From assembly GCF_988243305.1 (NCBI RefSeq), contig NZ_OZ547136.1: a stretch of 64,000 nt of DNA; one strand, 5' to 3'. Below are positions 46,141-61,289 of this stretch, one piece after another. Both the position numbers and the translations under genes were made by a program. The notes under the pieces were generated by a model. It did no database searches and had not been told where the DNA came from. It saw only the letters and a list, made by a program, of their open reading frames with translations. Numbering within the stretch: the first letter of the stretch is position 1; every line of letters starts with the position of its first letter.

Positions 46141-46505
46141 AAAAAAGGGAGCACTGTATTCACAGTGCTCCCGGTTCGTTTCGCAGCATTCCAGCTACTT
46201 TTGTTGCTCCCTGCTCATCCTTGACAACTTTTCCTCTGGCCTTGCGGCCAATCGTTCATCCTGAACTATTGCTTCCTGCTCACACCACCCCGATGTGATA
46301 CTTCATCCTGAAGTGTCCCTGGCCTTCCTGACCCACCGAATCATCCTGACCGGTTCTCATTCTCCATCCTGGAGGTGTCCTTTAACGCGTCCTGCGTCAT
46401 CCTCTTCGCTTCATCCAGAAGCCTTTCCCTGAAACACCATCCTGGTGTGTCCTTCAGAAGTGTCATCATCCTGATGTTCACTTCGTTGTCTGACTCCCTG
46501 TCGAC
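46141..46505 (-). ncRNA. csrB: CsrB small RNA (CsrA-sequestering), about 365 nt
   Basis: Minus strand begins GUCGACAGGGAGUCAGACAACGAAG... and carries about 18 CAGGA(U/A)G-type GGA motifs (plus-strand catcctg/ttcctg/tccctg); ends in terminator hairpin gggagcactg-tattca-cagtgctccc plus U-run. Confidence 0.85.
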
Positions 46506-46678
46506 GAAGATAGAATCGTCTTTTTCGCGAAGTCTTACAAGGCGCTTACAGACAATGCCTTAAGGAAAATTTCATATGAAAGTTAAGAATTGACAAGCAA
46601 TATATTGATTTTAAATGAAAATAACGATTCTTATCTTTTTAAGTATTCGCTTATTTCCTGGCGATCTCCTACAGAGTC

Positions 46679-46696
46679 TGTAAGAGATCTCTCACA
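46679..46696. promoter_or_regulatory. 18-bp perfect palindrome TGTAAGAGATCTCTCACA, UvrY response-regulator binding site upstream of csrB
   Basis: Perfect inverted repeat centred about 182 bp upstream of the inferred csrB 5-prime end, between syd stop and the csrB promoter. Confidence 0.6.
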
Positions 46697-46715
46697 ACCA
46701 GATGGGGTATTTGGA

Positions 46716-47261
46716 TTACAGAAGAGGCTTAAGTTGATTAAGGAATTCCGCAAGATTTGAGGCTAAATGCGTCCGTTTACGTGTTCCCAGCGTCTCTTTG
46801 CACACTTCACCGGAGAGATTACACACCGAGATGACCTCTAACTCTTCTTCCAGCGTCGCGATAAATAGCGTGGGCGGCAATTTTAGCCTTTTCTGAGTCA
46901 CCAGATGACCAATCAGATTTTCCTGCACCCGACGGAAGTCGTCTTCACTCCAGGTTTGCAGCAATGTCAGTTTGATATCGCCAAACTGCGCGTGCATATC
47001 CCCGGCAAACTGAGTCGTATAAAAGGTATGAATTGTGGGTTGTATCACAAGATCAAAAGCGCGTTCAACCGCGTTTACATTTTGTTCCCCGGTAAACGGC
47101 TGGGGTTGCCAGTATACGGCATCTTCGGTGGTTGAAATAATGCACGGTGAAGGAACGCCGTACAGTTCCTCACTCAACGGCCAGCTTTTATGCTCTTCAT
47201 GCCACGCATCGCAGTAGCGTGCAGTAAAATCTTTCAGGGCTTGTGCGGTCAAATCGTCCAC
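46716..47261 (-). CDS. syd: SecY-interacting protein Syd (181 aa)
   Basis: 181 aa [26 protein letters not shown].... Confidence 0.9.
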   Translation of the reverse strand: MDDLTAQALKDFTARYCDAWHEEHKSWPLSEELYGVPSPCIISTTEDAVYWQPQPFTGEQNVNAVERAFDLVIQPTIHTFYTTQFAGDMHAQFGDIKLTLLQTWSEDDFRRVQENLIGHLVTQKRLKLPPTLFIATLEEELEVISVCNLSGEVCKETLGTRKRTHLASNLAEFLNQLKPLL

Positions 47262-47328
47262 TAATTTCTCTCTTCACTTAAACCAGATACACTTGTCGTT
47301 TAGTTTATCTGGTTTATGACGGTGAAAC

Positions 47329-48177
47329 ATGTCTTCTTATGCAAACCATCAGGCACTTGCGGGCCTGACTCTTGGAAAATCAACCGATTACCGGGATACC
47401 TATGACGCCAGCCTGCTACAAGGCGTTCCGCGTAGTCTGAATCGCGATCCGCTGGATCTGAAAGCGGATAACCTGCCTTTTCACGGTACGGATATCTGGA
47501 CGCTGTATGAACTTTCCTGGCTGAATGCGAAAGGTTTGCCGCAGGTCGCCGTCGGTCATGTTGAACTTGATTACACCAGCGCAAATCTGATTGAATCGAA
47601 GAGTTTTAAGCTCTATCTCAACAGTTTTAACCAGACGCGTTTTAATAACTGGGATGAGGTGCGCCAGACGCTGGAGCGCGACTTAAGCACTTGCGCTCAG
47701 GGTAAGGTTAGCGTGGCGTTATATCGTCTTGATGAACTGGAAGGCCAACCGATAGGTCATTTCAATGGCACTTGCATTGATGACCAGGATATCACTATCG
47801 ATAACTATGAATTCACTACTGACTATCTGGAGAATGCCACCAGTGGCGAAAAAGTAGTAGAAGAGACGCTCGTCAGCCACCTGCTGAAATCAAATTGCCT
47901 GATCACCCATCAACCAGATTGGGGATCGATCCAAATTCAGTATCGTGGACGCCAAATTGACAGAGAAAAACTGCTGCGTTACCTGGTTTCTTTCCGTCAT
48001 CACAACGAGTTCCACGAACAGTGCGTGGAACGCATCTTTAATGACCTGTTACGCTTCTGCCAGCCAGAGAAATTGAGCGTTTACGCACGTTATACCCGTC
48101 GTGGCGGTCTGGACATTAACCCGTGGCGCAGTAATAGCGATTTTGTCCCATCGACCACAAGACTGGTTCGGCAATAA
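47329..48177 (+). CDS. queF: NADPH-dependent 7-cyano-7-deazaguanine (preQ0) reductase (282 aa)
   Basis: 282 aa two-domain QueF type. Confidence 0.92.
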   Translation: MSSYANHQALAGLTLGKSTDYRDTYDASLLQGVPRSLNRDPLDLKADNLPFHGTDIWTLYELSWLNAKGLPQVAVGHVELDYTSANLIESKSFKLYLNSFNQTRFNNWDEVRQTLERDLSTCAQGKVSVALYRLDELEGQPIGHFNGTCIDDQDITIDNYEFTTDYLENATSGEKVVEETLVSHLLKSNCLITHQPDWGSIQIQYRGRQIDREKLLRYLVSFRHHNEFHEQCVERIFNDLLRFCQPEKLSVYARYTRRGGLDINPWRSNSDFVPSTTRLVRQ

Positions 48178-48288
48178 ATTTTTTCTCAATTTTGCGTGCT
48201 GGATTCACGCAGAAGGTTGTGAAAGGTCATCAGGCAGGGCTATTGTAATCAAAGGGAATGACGATATTCGTCCCATAAGGAGTTTTTC

Positions 48289-49653
48289 TTGATTACACAT
48301 ATTAGCCCGCTTGGCTCCATGGATATGTTGTCGCAGCTGGAAGTGGATATGCTTAAACGCACCGCCAGCAGCGACCTCTATCAACTGTTTCGCAACTGTT
48401 CACTTGCCGTACTGAACTCCGGTAGTTTGACCGATAACAGCAAAGAATTGCTGTCTCGTTTTGAAAATTTCGATATTAACGTCCTGCGCCGTGAACGCGG
48501 CGTAAAGCTGGAACTGATTAATCCCCCGGAAGAGGCTTTTGTCGATGGGCGAATTATTCGCGCTTTGCAGGCCAACTTGTTCGCGGTTCTGCGCGACATT
48601 CTCTTCGTTTACGGGCAAATCCATAACACCGTTCGTTTTCCCAACCTGAATCTCGACAACTCCGTCCACATCACTAACCTGGTCTTTTCCATCTTGCGTA
48701 ACGCTCGCGCGCTGCATGTTGGTGAAGCGCCAAATATGGTGGTCTGCTGGGGCGGGCACTCAATTAACGAAAACGAGTATTTGTATGCCCGTCGCGTCGG
48801 GAATCAACTGGGCCTGCGTGAGCTGAATATCTGCACCGGCTGTGGTCCGGGAGCGATGGAAGCGCCGATGAAAGGCGCTGCGGTCGGACACGCACAGCAG
48901 CGTTACAAAGACAGTCGTTTTATTGGTATGACAGAGCCGTCGATTATCGCCGCTGAACCGCCTAACCCGCTGGTCAACGAATTGATCATCATGCCGGATA
49001 TCGAAAAACGTCTGGAAGCGTTTGTGCGTATCGCTCACGGTATCATTATCTTCCCTGGCGGTGTGGGTACGGCAGAAGAGTTGCTGTATTTGCTGGGAAT
49101 TTTAATGAACCCGGCCAACAAAGATCAGGTTTTACCATTGATCCTCACCGGCCCGAAAGAGAGCGCCGACTACTTCCGCGTACTGGACGAGTTTGTCGTG
49201 CATACGCTGGGTGAAAACGCGCGCCGCCATTACCGCATCATCATTGATGACGCCGCTGAAGTCGCTCGTCAGATGAAAAAATCGATGCCGCTGGTGAAAG
49301 AAAATCGCCGCGACACAGGCGATGCTTACAGCTTTAACTGGTCAATGCGCATTGCGCCAGATTTGCAAATGCCGTTTGAGCCGTCTCACGAGAACATGGC
49401 TAATCTGAAGCTTTACCCGGATCAACCTGTTGAAGTGCTGGCTGCCGACCTGCGCCGTGCGTTCTCCGGTATTGTGGCGGGTAACGTAAAAGAAGTCGGT
49501 ATTCGCGCCATTGAAGAGTTTGGTCCTTACAAAATCAACGGCGATAAAGAGATTATGCGTCGTATGGACGACCTGCTACAGGGTTTTGTTGCCCAGCATC
49601 GTATGAAGTTGCCAGGCTCAGCCTACATCCCTTGCTACGAAATCTGCACGTAA
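48289..49653 (+). CDS. ppnN: Nucleotide 5-prime-monophosphate nucleosidase PpnN (454 aa), TTG start
   Basis: LOG-family motif ([10 protein letters not shown]); TTG start at 48289 preceded by taaggag. Confidence 0.9.
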
Positions 49654-49662
49654 TCTCCCTCC

Positions 49663-49697
49663 CCCGGTGACGTTTGTTGCCGGGTTTTCTCGTTTTT
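49663..49697 (+). terminator. Putative rho-independent terminator downstream of ppnN
   Basis: cccggtgacgtttgttgccggg hairpin followed by ttttctcgttttt. Confidence 0.5.
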
Positions 49698-50208
49698 GGT
49701 CACATACCCATCAATTTATTTCATTTGTTATATGAATGTTTCTTACCACCCTCACGCGATAAATATCATTACAGTTAATATGTCATACAATTTATGTTGT
49801 AACGCAAACGTTTCCCTATTTTCATAAACCACATTTTATCGCTATGAAAAAGAAATTATCGCCATGATTAACTAAAAGTATTGATTTTTTCAGTTCAACC
49901 TACATATATTGCGCGCCCCGGAAGAAGTCAGATGTCGTTTAATGGGCAAATATTGCCCTTAAATTCTCTTTTACTTTTGATTTACAGAGTAAAGCGTTGG
50001 GATAATCTATCTTCCAAGTAGATTATTGTATTTGAGATCAAGATCACTGATAGATACATAACTTGTGTGTATCTTTCCGCCCTCAAATTATTACGGCGGT
50101 AAATGATTAAGCCATCGCCGATAGACAGATTTCATTTTTACGGTCAGGCACCTTCCCGGGCTGAACTGGCTAAAAGCTGAATTATTTGCATTCCTCCAGG
50201 AGAAATAG

Positions 50209-51498
50209 ATGGAAACGACTCAAACCAGCACGATTGCGTCGAAAGACTCTCGTAGTGCCTGGCGCAAGACAGACACCATGTGGATGCTGGGCCTTTACGG
50301 CACGGCAATCGGCGCGGGCGTGCTGTTCCTGCCAATCAACGCCGGTGTTGGCGGTATGATCCCGCTGATCATCATGGCTATCCTTGCGTTCCCGATGACA
50401 TTTTTTGCTCACCGCGGTCTGACTCGCTTCGTACTGTCTGGTAAAAACCCGGGCGAAGACATCACCGAGGTTGTAGAAGAACACTTTGGTATTGGCGCAG
50501 GTAAACTGATTACCCTGCTCTACTTCTTCGCTATCTACCCGATCCTGCTGGTTTATAGCGTGGCAATCACCAATACAGTTGAAAGCTTCATGTCTCACCA
50601 GCTGGGTATGACACCACCGCCGCGTGCGATTCTGTCGCTGATCCTGATCGTGGGTATGATGACCATCGTTCGCTTCGGTGAGCAGATGATCGTTAAAGCG
50701 ATGAGTATTCTGGTATTCCCGTTTGTTGGCGTACTGATGCTGCTGGCTCTGTACCTGATCCCGCAGTGGAACGGCGCAGCACTGGAAACGCTGTCTCTGG
50801 ACACTGCATCGGCAACCGGAAACGGTCTGTGGATGACCCTGTGGCTGGCAATTCCGGTAATGGTGTTCTCGTTCAACCACTCTCCAATCATCTCTTCTTT
50901 CGCTGTTGCGAAGCGTGAAGAGTACGGCGATATGGCAGAACAGAAATGCTCGAAGATCCTGGCATTCGCACACATCATGATGGTGCTGACCGTAATGTTC
51001 TTCGTATTCAGCTGCGTACTGAGCCTGACTCCGGCAGACCTGGCTGCGGCTAAAGAGCAGAACATCTCGATTCTGTCTTACCTGGCTAACCACTTTAACG
51101 CACCGGTTATCGCGTGGATGGCACCGATTATCGCGATTATCGCTATCACCAAATCCTTCCTCGGCCACTACCTGGGCGCACGTGAAGGCTTCAACGGTAT
51201 GGTGATTAAATCTCTGCGTGGTAAAGGTAAGTCTATCGAAATCAACAAGCTGAACCGTATCACTGCGCTGTTCATGCTGGTAACGACCTGGATTGTTGCC
51301 ACCCTGAACCCGAGCATCCTGGGTATGATTGAAACCCTGGGCGGCCCAATCATCGCGATGATCCTGTTCCTGATGCCGATGTACGCAATTCAGAAAGTAC
51401 CGGCAATGCGTAAGTACAGCGGTCACATCAGCAACGTATTCGTTGTCGTGATGGGTCTGATTGCAATCTCCGCAATCTTCTACTCTCTGTTCAGCTAA
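50209..51498 (+). CDS. sdaC: Serine:H+ symporter (429 aa)
   Basis: 429 aa hydrophobic HAAAP-family transporter, followed by sdaB. Confidence 0.95.
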   Translation: METTQTSTIASKDSRSAWRKTDTMWMLGLYGTAIGAGVLFLPINAGVGGMIPLIIMAILAFPMTFFAHRGLTRFVLSGKNPGEDITEVVEEHFGIGAGKLITLLYFFAIYPILLVYSVAITNTVESFMSHQLGMTPPPRAILSLILIVGMMTIVRFGEQMIVKAMSILVFPFVGVLMLLALYLIPQWNGAALETLSLDTASATGNGLWMTLWLAIPVMVFSFNHSPIISSFAVAKREEYGDMAEQKCSKILAFAHIMMVLTVMFFVFSCVLSLTPADLAAAKEQNISILSYLANHFNAPVIAWMAPIIAIIAITKSFLGHYLGAREGFNGMVIKSLRGKGKSIEINKLNRITALFMLVTTWIVATLNPSILGMIETLGGPIIAMILFLMPMYAIQKVPAMRKYSGHISNVFVVVMGLIAISAIFYSLFS

Positions 51499-51555
51499 GT
51501 CCTTTCGCGCCGCTTTCGGGCGGCGCTTCCTCCGTTTTAACGCGATGTATTTCCT

Positions 51556-53789
<2,234 letters not shown>

Positions 53790-53843
53790 CGGCGTGCCGG
53801 ATACGCCGCAAACGTCGCATCCGGCATTATCACATCAGCGCAT

Positions 53844-54992
53844 TTACCAGGCGGTATGGTAAAGCTCTACAATATCCTCAAGCGTTGCTTCACGCGGGTT
53901 GCCACCGGTACAAACATCATCCAGTGCCGCCTGCGCCAGTGCCGGAATGTCTTCCTTGCGTACACCAACATCACGCAAATGTGGCGGAATACCGACATCA
54001 CGGTTGAGAGCAAACACCGCTTCAACAGCGGCATTACGCGCCTCTTCCAGGCTCATACCTTCCACTTTCACGCCCATAACGCGCGCAATATCGCGGTACT
54101 TCTCACCGGTAAAGTCAGCGTTATAGCGCATGACATGCGGTAACAGGATGGCGTTCGCAACACCGTGTGGCGTGTTGTAAAACGCGCCCAGTGGATGCGC
54201 CATACCATGCACCAACCCTAACCCAACATTCGAGAATCCCATACCCGCAACATACTGCCCGAGCGCCATTTCTTCTCCGGCATCCTTATCACCAGCAACC
54301 GATCCTCGCAGCGCCCCAGCAATGATTTCAATCGCTTTAATGTGCAGCGCATCGGTTAGCGCCCACGCGCCACGGGTAATATACCCCTCAATAGCATGAG
54401 TGAGCGCATCGACACCCGTCGCGGCTTTCAGCGCTGGAGGCATACCATCCATCATGTCAGCGTCAATAAACGCCACCTGCGGGATATCATGCGGATCAAC
54501 GCAAACAAACTTGCGCCGTTTCTCTTCGTCAGTAATCACGTAGTTAATGGTCACTTCTGCCGCAGTGCCTGCTGTGGTGGGGATTGCCAGAATCGGTACA
54601 CTGGGTTTATTGGTCGGGGAAAGCCCTTCCAGGCTACGCACATCGGCAAACTCCGGGTTGTTGCTGATAATGCCAATCGCTTTACAAGTATCCTGTGGAG
54701 AACCACCACCAATAGCGATCAGGTAATCCGCGCCGCTATTCTGGAATACACCGAGCCCTTCTTTGACGACAGTAATTGTTGGGTTGGGCACTACGCCGTC
54801 GTAAATCGCCCATGCCAGCCCTGCAGCATCCATCTTATCGGTCACTTTTGCCACCACGCCGCATTGCACCAGCGTTTTATCGGTGACGATCAGCGCCTTC
54901 TGATAACCACGGCGTTTCACCTCATCGGTTAAAGCTCCAACAGCACCCCGACCAAACCATGCCGTTTCGTTCAGAATCATTCTGTTAGCCAT
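53844..54992 (-). CDS. fucO: L-1,2-propanediol oxidoreductase / lactaldehyde reductase (382 aa)
   Basis: Iron-containing alcohol dehydrogenase family; start taken at second Met (MANRMILNETAWFGRG). Confidence 0.93.
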   Translation of the reverse strand: MANRMILNETAWFGRGAVGALTDEVKRRGYQKALIVTDKTLVQCGVVAKVTDKMDAAGLAWAIYDGVVPNPTITVVKEGLGVFQNSGADYLIAIGGGSPQDTCKAIGIISNNPEFADVRSLEGLSPTNKPSVPILAIPTTAGTAAEVTINYVITDEEKRRKFVCVDPHDIPQVAFIDADMMDGMPPALKAATGVDALTHAIEGYITRGAWALTDALHIKAIEIIAGALRGSVAGDKDAGEEMALGQYVAGMGFSNVGLGLVHGMAHPLGAFYNTPHGVANAILLPHVMRYNADFTGEKYRDIARVMGVKVEGMSLEEARNAAVEAVFALNRDVGIPPHLRDVGVRKEDIPALAQAALDDVCTGGNPREATLEDIVELYHTAW

Positions 54993-55019
54993 CATCCTTC
55001 TCCTTGTTGCTTTACGAAA

Positions 55020-55667
55020 TTACTCTTCAATCCGTAACCCGTAGGTTTTGAATTTCTCCAGCACTACGGCAATCTCTTCATCGCTCAGCACTGGCACCGG
55101 GTCCGTAATCGCCAGGGTCGTCAGGTAAAGTTGCGCCAGCACTTCAACTTCATGCGCCAGCCATAACGCTTTTTCCAGATTCACCTCACAAGCGATAAGC
55201 CCATGATGTTGTAACAAAGTTGCCTTACGATTTTTGAGAGCCAGCGCAACATGTTCAGAAAGTTCGCGTGTTCCAAAGGTCGCATAAGGCGCGCAAGGAA
55301 TAGAATTACCGCCAGCCGCCGCAATCATGTAGTGAATAGCGGGGATCGGTCGGTTAAGAATGGAAACTGCTGTGCAATGAACGGCATGATTGTGAACAAC
55401 CGCGTTGGCATCCGGTCTGCTTTGATAGGCCGCCATATGGAAACGCCATTCGCTTGAGGGGAGTTTTCCTTCCTCATGTTTACCGTTGCCATCAATAAAG
55501 ACAATATGCGACTCCGTCAGTTTTTCATATGGAATACCTGTAGGCGTAATCAGCATCCCATCCTGATAACGTACACTGACGTTACCCGCTGTCCCCTGGT
55601 TCAGTCCCAGGCGGGTCATTTCCAGGCAAGTGTCAATAATCTGACGAGCAAGTTTATTTCGTTCCAT
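55020..55667 (-). CDS. fucA: L-fuculose-phosphate aldolase (215 aa)
   Basis: 215 aa class II aldolase ORF MERNKLARQIIDTCLEMTRLGLNQGTAGNVSVR.... Confidence 0.93.
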   Translation of the reverse strand: MERNKLARQIIDTCLEMTRLGLNQGTAGNVSVRYQDGMLITPTGIPYEKLTESHIVFIDGNGKHEEGKLPSSEWRFHMAAYQSRPDANAVVHNHAVHCTAVSILNRPIPAIHYMIAAAGGNSIPCAPYATFGTRELSEHVALALKNRKATLLQHHGLIACEVNLEKALWLAHEVEVLAQLYLTTLAITDPVPVLSDEEIAVVLEKFKTYGLRIEE

Positions 55668-56213
55668 TAGCTACCTCTCTCTGATTCAAAACAGGGCAAT
55701 AATGTTGTTCCTTTCACACTATTGAATTAGCCGTTTAATTACCCACCATCTTCTTCCTGATTAACAAGAAAGAAATTCACAAGCTTATATTTTGTGACCT
55801 GGTTCAACTAATCACAGTAAATAACTGCAAGTTCTCTTTTTATAACCCTATTAAAAATGACCGCTCTTAAAAATATTTATCAAAACGGTCATTTTTCCAT
55901 TCCCTCTCGCCAGAAATGCCCGTTTTCGGCACAAACAATTAATACGGTCATCGGGTTTGTGTTTTTTATGATTTATTTTCTGAAACGGGCATGAAATTTC
56001 GATTATTAAAGTGATGGTAGTCACATAAAGTCACCTCCCAGCTAATAAGTGTGACCGCCGTCATATTACAGAGCGTTTTTTATTTGAAAATGAATCCATG
56101 AGTTCATTTCTGACAGGCAAATATTCACTGATATGAAGCCCGAACTCGCTGGTTTTGCACTTTTGAAAACATAACCGATTACGTGCTTAAGCTTCTGAAC
56201 CTAAGAGGATGCT
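55668..56213. promoter_or_regulatory. Divergent fucAO / fucPIKUR promoter region
   Basis: 546-bp AT-rich intergenic region between divergent fucA and fucP; FucR/CRP sites expected from the known regulon but not individually resolved. Confidence 0.45.
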
Positions 56214-57530
56214 ATGGGAAACACATCAATACAAACGCAGAGTTACCGTGCGGTAGATAAAGATGCAGGGCAAAGCAGAAGTTACATTATTCCATTCGCG
56301 CTGCTGTGCTCACTGTTTTTTCTTTGGGCGGTAGCCAATAACCTTAACGACATTTTATTACCTCAATTCCAGCAGGCTTTTACGCTGACAAATTTCCAGG
56401 CTGGCCTGATCCAATCGGCCTTTTACTTTGGTTATTTCATTATCCCAATCCCTGCCGGGATATTGATGAAAAAACTCAGTTATAAAGCAGGGATTATTAC
56501 CGGATTATTTTTATATGCCTTGGGCGCTGCATTATTCTGGCCCGCTGCAGAAATAATGAACTACACCTTATTTTTAGTTGGCCTATTTATTATTGCAGCC
56601 GGATTAGGTTGTCTGGAAACTGCCGCAAACCCTTTTGTTACGGTATTAGGGCCGGAAAGCAGTGGTCACTTCCGCTTAAATCTTGCGCAAACATTTAACT
56701 CATTTGGCGCAATTATCGCGGTTGTCTTTGGGCAAAGTCTTATTTTGTCTAACGTGCCACATCAATCGCAAGACGTTCTCGATAAGATGTCTCCAGAGCA
56801 ATTGAGTGCGTATAAACACAGCCTGGTATTATCGGTACAGACACCTTATATGATCATCGTGGCTATCGTGTTACTGGTCGCCCTGCTGATCATGCTGACG
56901 AAATTCCCGGCATTGCAGAGTGATAATCACAGTGACGCCAAACAAGGAGCGTTCTCCGCATCGCTTTCTCGTCTGGCGCGTATTCGTCACTGGCGCTGGG
57001 CGGTATTAGCGCAATTCTGCTATGTCGGCGCACAAACGGCCTGCTGGAGCTATTTGATTCGCTACGCTGTAGAAGAAATTCCAGGTATGACTGCAGGCTT
57101 TGCCGCTAACTATTTAACCGGAACCATGGTGTGCTTCTTTATTGGTCGTTTCACCGGTACCTGGCTCATCAGTCGCTTCGCACCACACAAAGTCCTGGCC
57201 GCCTACGCATTAATCGCTATGGCACTGTGCCTGATCTCAGCCTTCGCTGGCGGTCATGTGGGCTTAATAGCCCTGACTTTATGCAGTGCCTTTATGTCGA
57301 TTCAGTACCCAACAATCTTCTCGCTGGGCATTAAAAATCTCGGCCAGGACACCAAATACGGTTCGTCCTTCATCGTTATGACCATCATTGGCGGCGGTAT
57401 TGTCACTCCGGTCATGGGGTTTGTCAGTGACGCGGCGGGCAACATCCCCACTGCTGAACTGATCCCCGCACTCTGCTTCGCGGTCATCTTTATCTTTGCC
57501 CGTTTCCGTTCTCAAACGGCAACTAACTGA
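56214..57530 (+). CDS. fucP: L-fucose:H+ symporter (438 aa)
   Basis: 438 aa MFS ORF. Confidence 0.95.
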   Translation: MGNTSIQTQSYRAVDKDAGQSRSYIIPFALLCSLFFLWAVANNLNDILLPQFQQAFTLTNFQAGLIQSAFYFGYFIIPIPAGILMKKLSYKAGIITGLFLYALGAALFWPAAEIMNYTLFLVGLFIIAAGLGCLETAANPFVTVLGPESSGHFRLNLAQTFNSFGAIIAVVFGQSLILSNVPHQSQDVLDKMSPEQLSAYKHSLVLSVQTPYMIIVAIVLLVALLIMLTKFPALQSDNHSDAKQGAFSASLSRLARIRHWRWAVLAQFCYVGAQTACWSYLIRYAVEEIPGMTAGFAANYLTGTMVCFFIGRFTGTWLISRFAPHKVLAAYALIAMALCLISAFAGGHVGLIALTLCSAFMSIQYPTIFSLGIKNLGQDTKYGSSFIVMTIIGGGIVTPVMGFVSDAAGNIPTAELIPALCFAVIFIFARFRSQTATN

Positions 57531-57562
57531 ACATATTTTCCGAATAAAGTGAGGAATCTGTA

Positions 57563-59338
57563 ATGAAAAAAATCAGCTTACCGAAAATTGGTATCCGCCC
57601 GGTTATTGACGGTCGTCGCATGGGTGTTCGTGAGTCGCTTGAAGAACAAACAATGAATATGGCGAAAGCTACGGCCGCACTGCTGACCGAGAAACTGCGC
57701 CATGCCTGCGGAGCTACCGTCGAGTGTGTCATTTCCGATACCTGTATCGCGGGTATGGCTGAAGCCGCTGCTTGCGAAGAAAAATTCAGCAGCCAGAATG
57801 TAGGCCTCACCATTACGGTAACGCCTTGCTGGTGCTATGGCAGTGAAACCATCGACATGGATCCAACCCGCCCGAAAGCCATTTGGGGCTTTAACGGCAC
57901 TGAACGTCCCGGCGCTGTTTACCTGGCAGCGGCTCTGGCAGCTCACAGCCAGAAAGGTATCCCGGCATTCTCCATTTACGGTCATGACGTTCAGGATGCC
58001 GATGACACATCGATTCCTGCTGATGTTGAAGAAAAACTGCTGCGCTTTGCCCGCGCCGGTTTGGCCGTCGCCAGCATGAAAGGTAAAAGCTATCTGTCGC
58101 TGGGCGGCGTTTCGATGGGTATCGCCGGTTCTATTGTTGATCACAACTTCTTTGAATCCTGGCTGGGAATGAAAGTCCAGGCGGTGGATATGACCGAACT
58201 GCGTCGCCGTATCGATCAGAAGATTTACGACGAAGCCGAACTGGAAATGGCGCTGGCCTGGGCTGATAAAAACTTCCGCTATGGCGAAGATGAAAATAAC
58301 AAACAGTATCAACGCAATGCCGAGCAAAGCCGCGCAGTTCTGCGCGAAAGTTTACTGATGGCAATGTGTATCCGCGACATGATGCAAGGCAACAGCAAAC
58401 TGGCCGATATTGGTCGCGTGGAAGAATCACTTGGCTACAACGCCATCGCTGCGGGCTTCCAGGGACAACGCCACTGGACCGATCAATATCCCAATGGTGA
58501 CACCGCCGAAGCGATCCTCAACAGTTCATTTGACTGGAATGGCGTGCGCGAACCCTTTGTCGTGGCGACCGAAAACGACAGTCTTAACGGCGTGGCAATG
58601 CTAATGGGCCACCAGCTCACCGGTACCGCTCAGGTATTTGCCGATGTGCGTACCTACTGGTCACCAGAAGCAATTGAACGTGTAACGGGGCATAAACTGG
58701 ATGGACTGGCAGAACACGGCATCATCCATTTGATCAACTCCGGTTCTGCTGCGCTGGACGGTTCCTGTAAACAACGCGACAGCGAAGGTAACCCGACGAT
58801 GAAGCCACACTGGGAAATCTCTCAGCAAGAGGCTGACGCTTGCCTCGCCGCTACCGAATGGTGCCCGGCGATCCACGAATACTTCCGTGGCGGCGGTTAC
58901 TCTTCCCGCTTCCTTACCGAAGGCGGCGTCCCGTTCACCATGACCCGTGTCAATATCATCAAAGGCCTGGGACCGGTACTGCAAATCGCGGAAGGCTGGA
59001 GCGTGGAATTGCCGAAGGATGTGCATGACATCCTCAACAAACGCACCAACTCAACCTGGCCAACCACCTGGTTTGCACCGCGCCTCACCGGTAAAGGGCC
59101 GTTTACGGATGTGTACTCGGTAATGGCGAACTGGGGCGCTAACCACGGGGTTCTGACCATCGGCCACGTTGGCGCAGACTTTATCACTCTCGCCTCCATG
59201 CTGCGTATCCCGGTATGTATGCACAACGTTGAAGAGACCAAAGTGTATCGTCCTTCTGCCTGGGCTGCGCACGGCATGGATATTGAAGGCCAGGATTACC
59301 GCGCTTGCCAGAACTACGGGCCGTTGTACAAGCGTTAA
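57563..59338 (+). CDS. fucI: L-fucose isomerase (591 aa)
   Basis: 591 aa [33 protein letters not shown].... Confidence 0.95.
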   Translation: MKKISLPKIGIRPVIDGRRMGVRESLEEQTMNMAKATAALLTEKLRHACGATVECVISDTCIAGMAEAAACEEKFSSQNVGLTITVTPCWCYGSETIDMDPTRPKAIWGFNGTERPGAVYLAAALAAHSQKGIPAFSIYGHDVQDADDTSIPADVEEKLLRFARAGLAVASMKGKSYLSLGGVSMGIAGSIVDHNFFESWLGMKVQAVDMTELRRRIDQKIYDEAELEMALAWADKNFRYGEDENNKQYQRNAEQSRAVLRESLLMAMCIRDMMQGNSKLADIGRVEESLGYNAIAAGFQGQRHWTDQYPNGDTAEAILNSSFDWNGVREPFVVATENDSLNGVAMLMGHQLTGTAQVFADVRTYWSPEAIERVTGHKLDGLAEHGIIHLINSGSAALDGSCKQRDSEGNPTMKPHWEISQQEADACLAATEWCPAIHEYFRGGGYSSRFLTEGGVPFTMTRVNIIKGLGPVLQIAEGWSVELPKDVHDILNKRTNSTWPTTWFAPRLTGKGPFTDVYSVMANWGANHGVLTIGHVGADFITLASMLRIPVCMHNVEETKVYRPSAWAAHGMDIEGQDYRACQNYGPLYKR

Positions 59339-59416
59339 TACATTACTCCCTGATGTGATGCCCGGTCGCTCCGGCTACCGGGCCTGAACAAGCAAGAGTG
59401 GTTAGCCGGATAAGCA

Positions 59417-60865
59417 ATGTTATCCGGCTATATTGCAGGAGCGATTATGAAACAAGAAGTTATCCTGGTACTCGACTGTGGCGCGACCAATGTCAGGGCC
59501 ATCGCGGTTAATCGGCAGGGAAAAATTGTTACCCGCGCCTCAACGCCTAATGCCAGCGATATCGCGATGGAAAACAACACCTGGCACCAGTGGTCTTTAG
59601 ACGCCATTTTGCAACGCTTTGCTGATTGCTGTCGGCAAATCAATAGTGAACTGACTGAATGCCACATCCGCGGTATCGCCGTCACCACCTTTGGTGTGGA
59701 TGGCGCTCTGGTAGATAAGCAAGGCAATCTGCTCTATCCGATCATTAGCTGGAAATGTCCGCGAACAGCAGCGGTAATGGACAATATTGAACGGTTGATC
59801 TCCGCACAGCAGTTGCAGGCTATTTCTGGAGTCGGAGCCTTTAGTTTCAATACGTTATATAAGTTGGTGTGGTTGAAAGAAAATCATCCACAACTGCTGG
59901 AACGCGCGCACGCCTGGCTCTTTATTTCGTCGCTGATTAACCACCGTTTAACCGGCGAATTCACTACTGATATCACGATGGCCGGAACCAGCCAGATGCT
60001 GGATATCCAGCAACGCGATTTCAGTCCGCAAATTTTACAAGCCACCGGTATTCCACGCCGACTCTTCCCTCGTCTGGTGGAAGCGGGTGAACAGATTGGT
60101 ACGCTACAGAACAGCGCCGCAGGAATGCTCGGCTTACCCGTTGGCATACCGGTGATTTCCGCAGGTCACGATACCCAGTTCGCCCTTTTTGGCGCTGGTG
60201 CCGACCAAAATGAACCCGTGCTCTCTTCCGGTACATGGGAAATTTTAATGGTCCGTAGCACCCAGGTTGATACTTCGCTGTTAAGTCAGTACGCCGGTTC
60301 GACCTGCGAACTGGATAGTCAGGCAGGGTTGTATAACCCAGGTATGCAATGGCTGGCATCCGGCGTGCTGGAATGGGTGAGAAAACTGTTCTGGACGGCT
60401 GAAACTCCCTGGCAAATGTTGATTGAAGAGGCTCGTCTGATCGCGCCTGGCGCGGATGGCGTGAAAATGCAGTGTGATTTATTGTCGTGTCAGAACGCTG
60501 GCTGGCAAGGAGTGACGCTTAATACCACGCGGGGGCATTTCTATCGCGCGGCGCTGGAAGGGTTAACTGCGCAATTACAGCACAATCTACAGATGCTGGA
60601 AAAAATCGGGCACTTTAAAGCCTCTGAATTATTGTTAGTCGGTGGAGGAAGTCGCAACACATTGTGGAATCAGATTAAAGCCAATATGCTTGATATTCCG
60701 GTAAAAGTTCTCGACGACGCAGAAACGACCGTCGCAGGAGCTGCGCTGTTCGGTTGGTATGGCGTAGGGGAATTTAACAGCCCGGAAGAAGCCCGCGCGC
60801 AGATTCATTATCAGTACCGTTATTTCTACCCGCAAACTGAACCTGAATTTATAGAGGAAGTGTGA
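59417..60865 (+). CDS. fucK: L-fuculokinase (482 aa; alternative start at 59447 gives 472 aa)
   Basis: FGGY kinase; conserved core begins [21 protein letters not shown]. Confidence 0.9.
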
Positions 60866-60866
60866 A

Positions 60867-61289
60867 ATGCTGAAAACAATTTCGCCGTTAATTTCTCCCG
60901 AACTATTGAAAGTGCTGGCAGAGATGGGACATGGAGATGAAATTATTTTTTCCGATGCTCACTTTCCCGCCCATTCGATGGGACCGCAGGTGATCCGCGC
61001 TGATGGCCTGTTGGTGAGCGACTTGCTCCAGGCGATAATCCCGTTATTTGAACTGGACAGTTATGCACCGCCGCTGGTGATGATGGCGGCGGTAGAAGGT
61101 GACACTCTCGATCCTGAAGTAGAACGACGTTACCGTAATGCGCTTTCACTACAAGCCCCGTGTCCTGACATCATCCGCATCAATCGTTTTGCGTTTTATG
61201 AACGGGCGCAAAAAGCCTTTGCGATCGTTATCACAGGCGAACGAGCGAAGTACGGGAATATTCTTTTAAAAAAAGGGGTAACACCGTAA
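60867..61289 (+). CDS. fucU: L-fucose mutarotase (140 aa)
   Basis: 140 aa RbsD/FucU-family ORF. Confidence 0.92.

Noticed and set aside
57578-58327. 249-aa minus-strand ORF antisense to fucI
   Set aside because: Embedded antisense in fucI with no promoter or RBS context.
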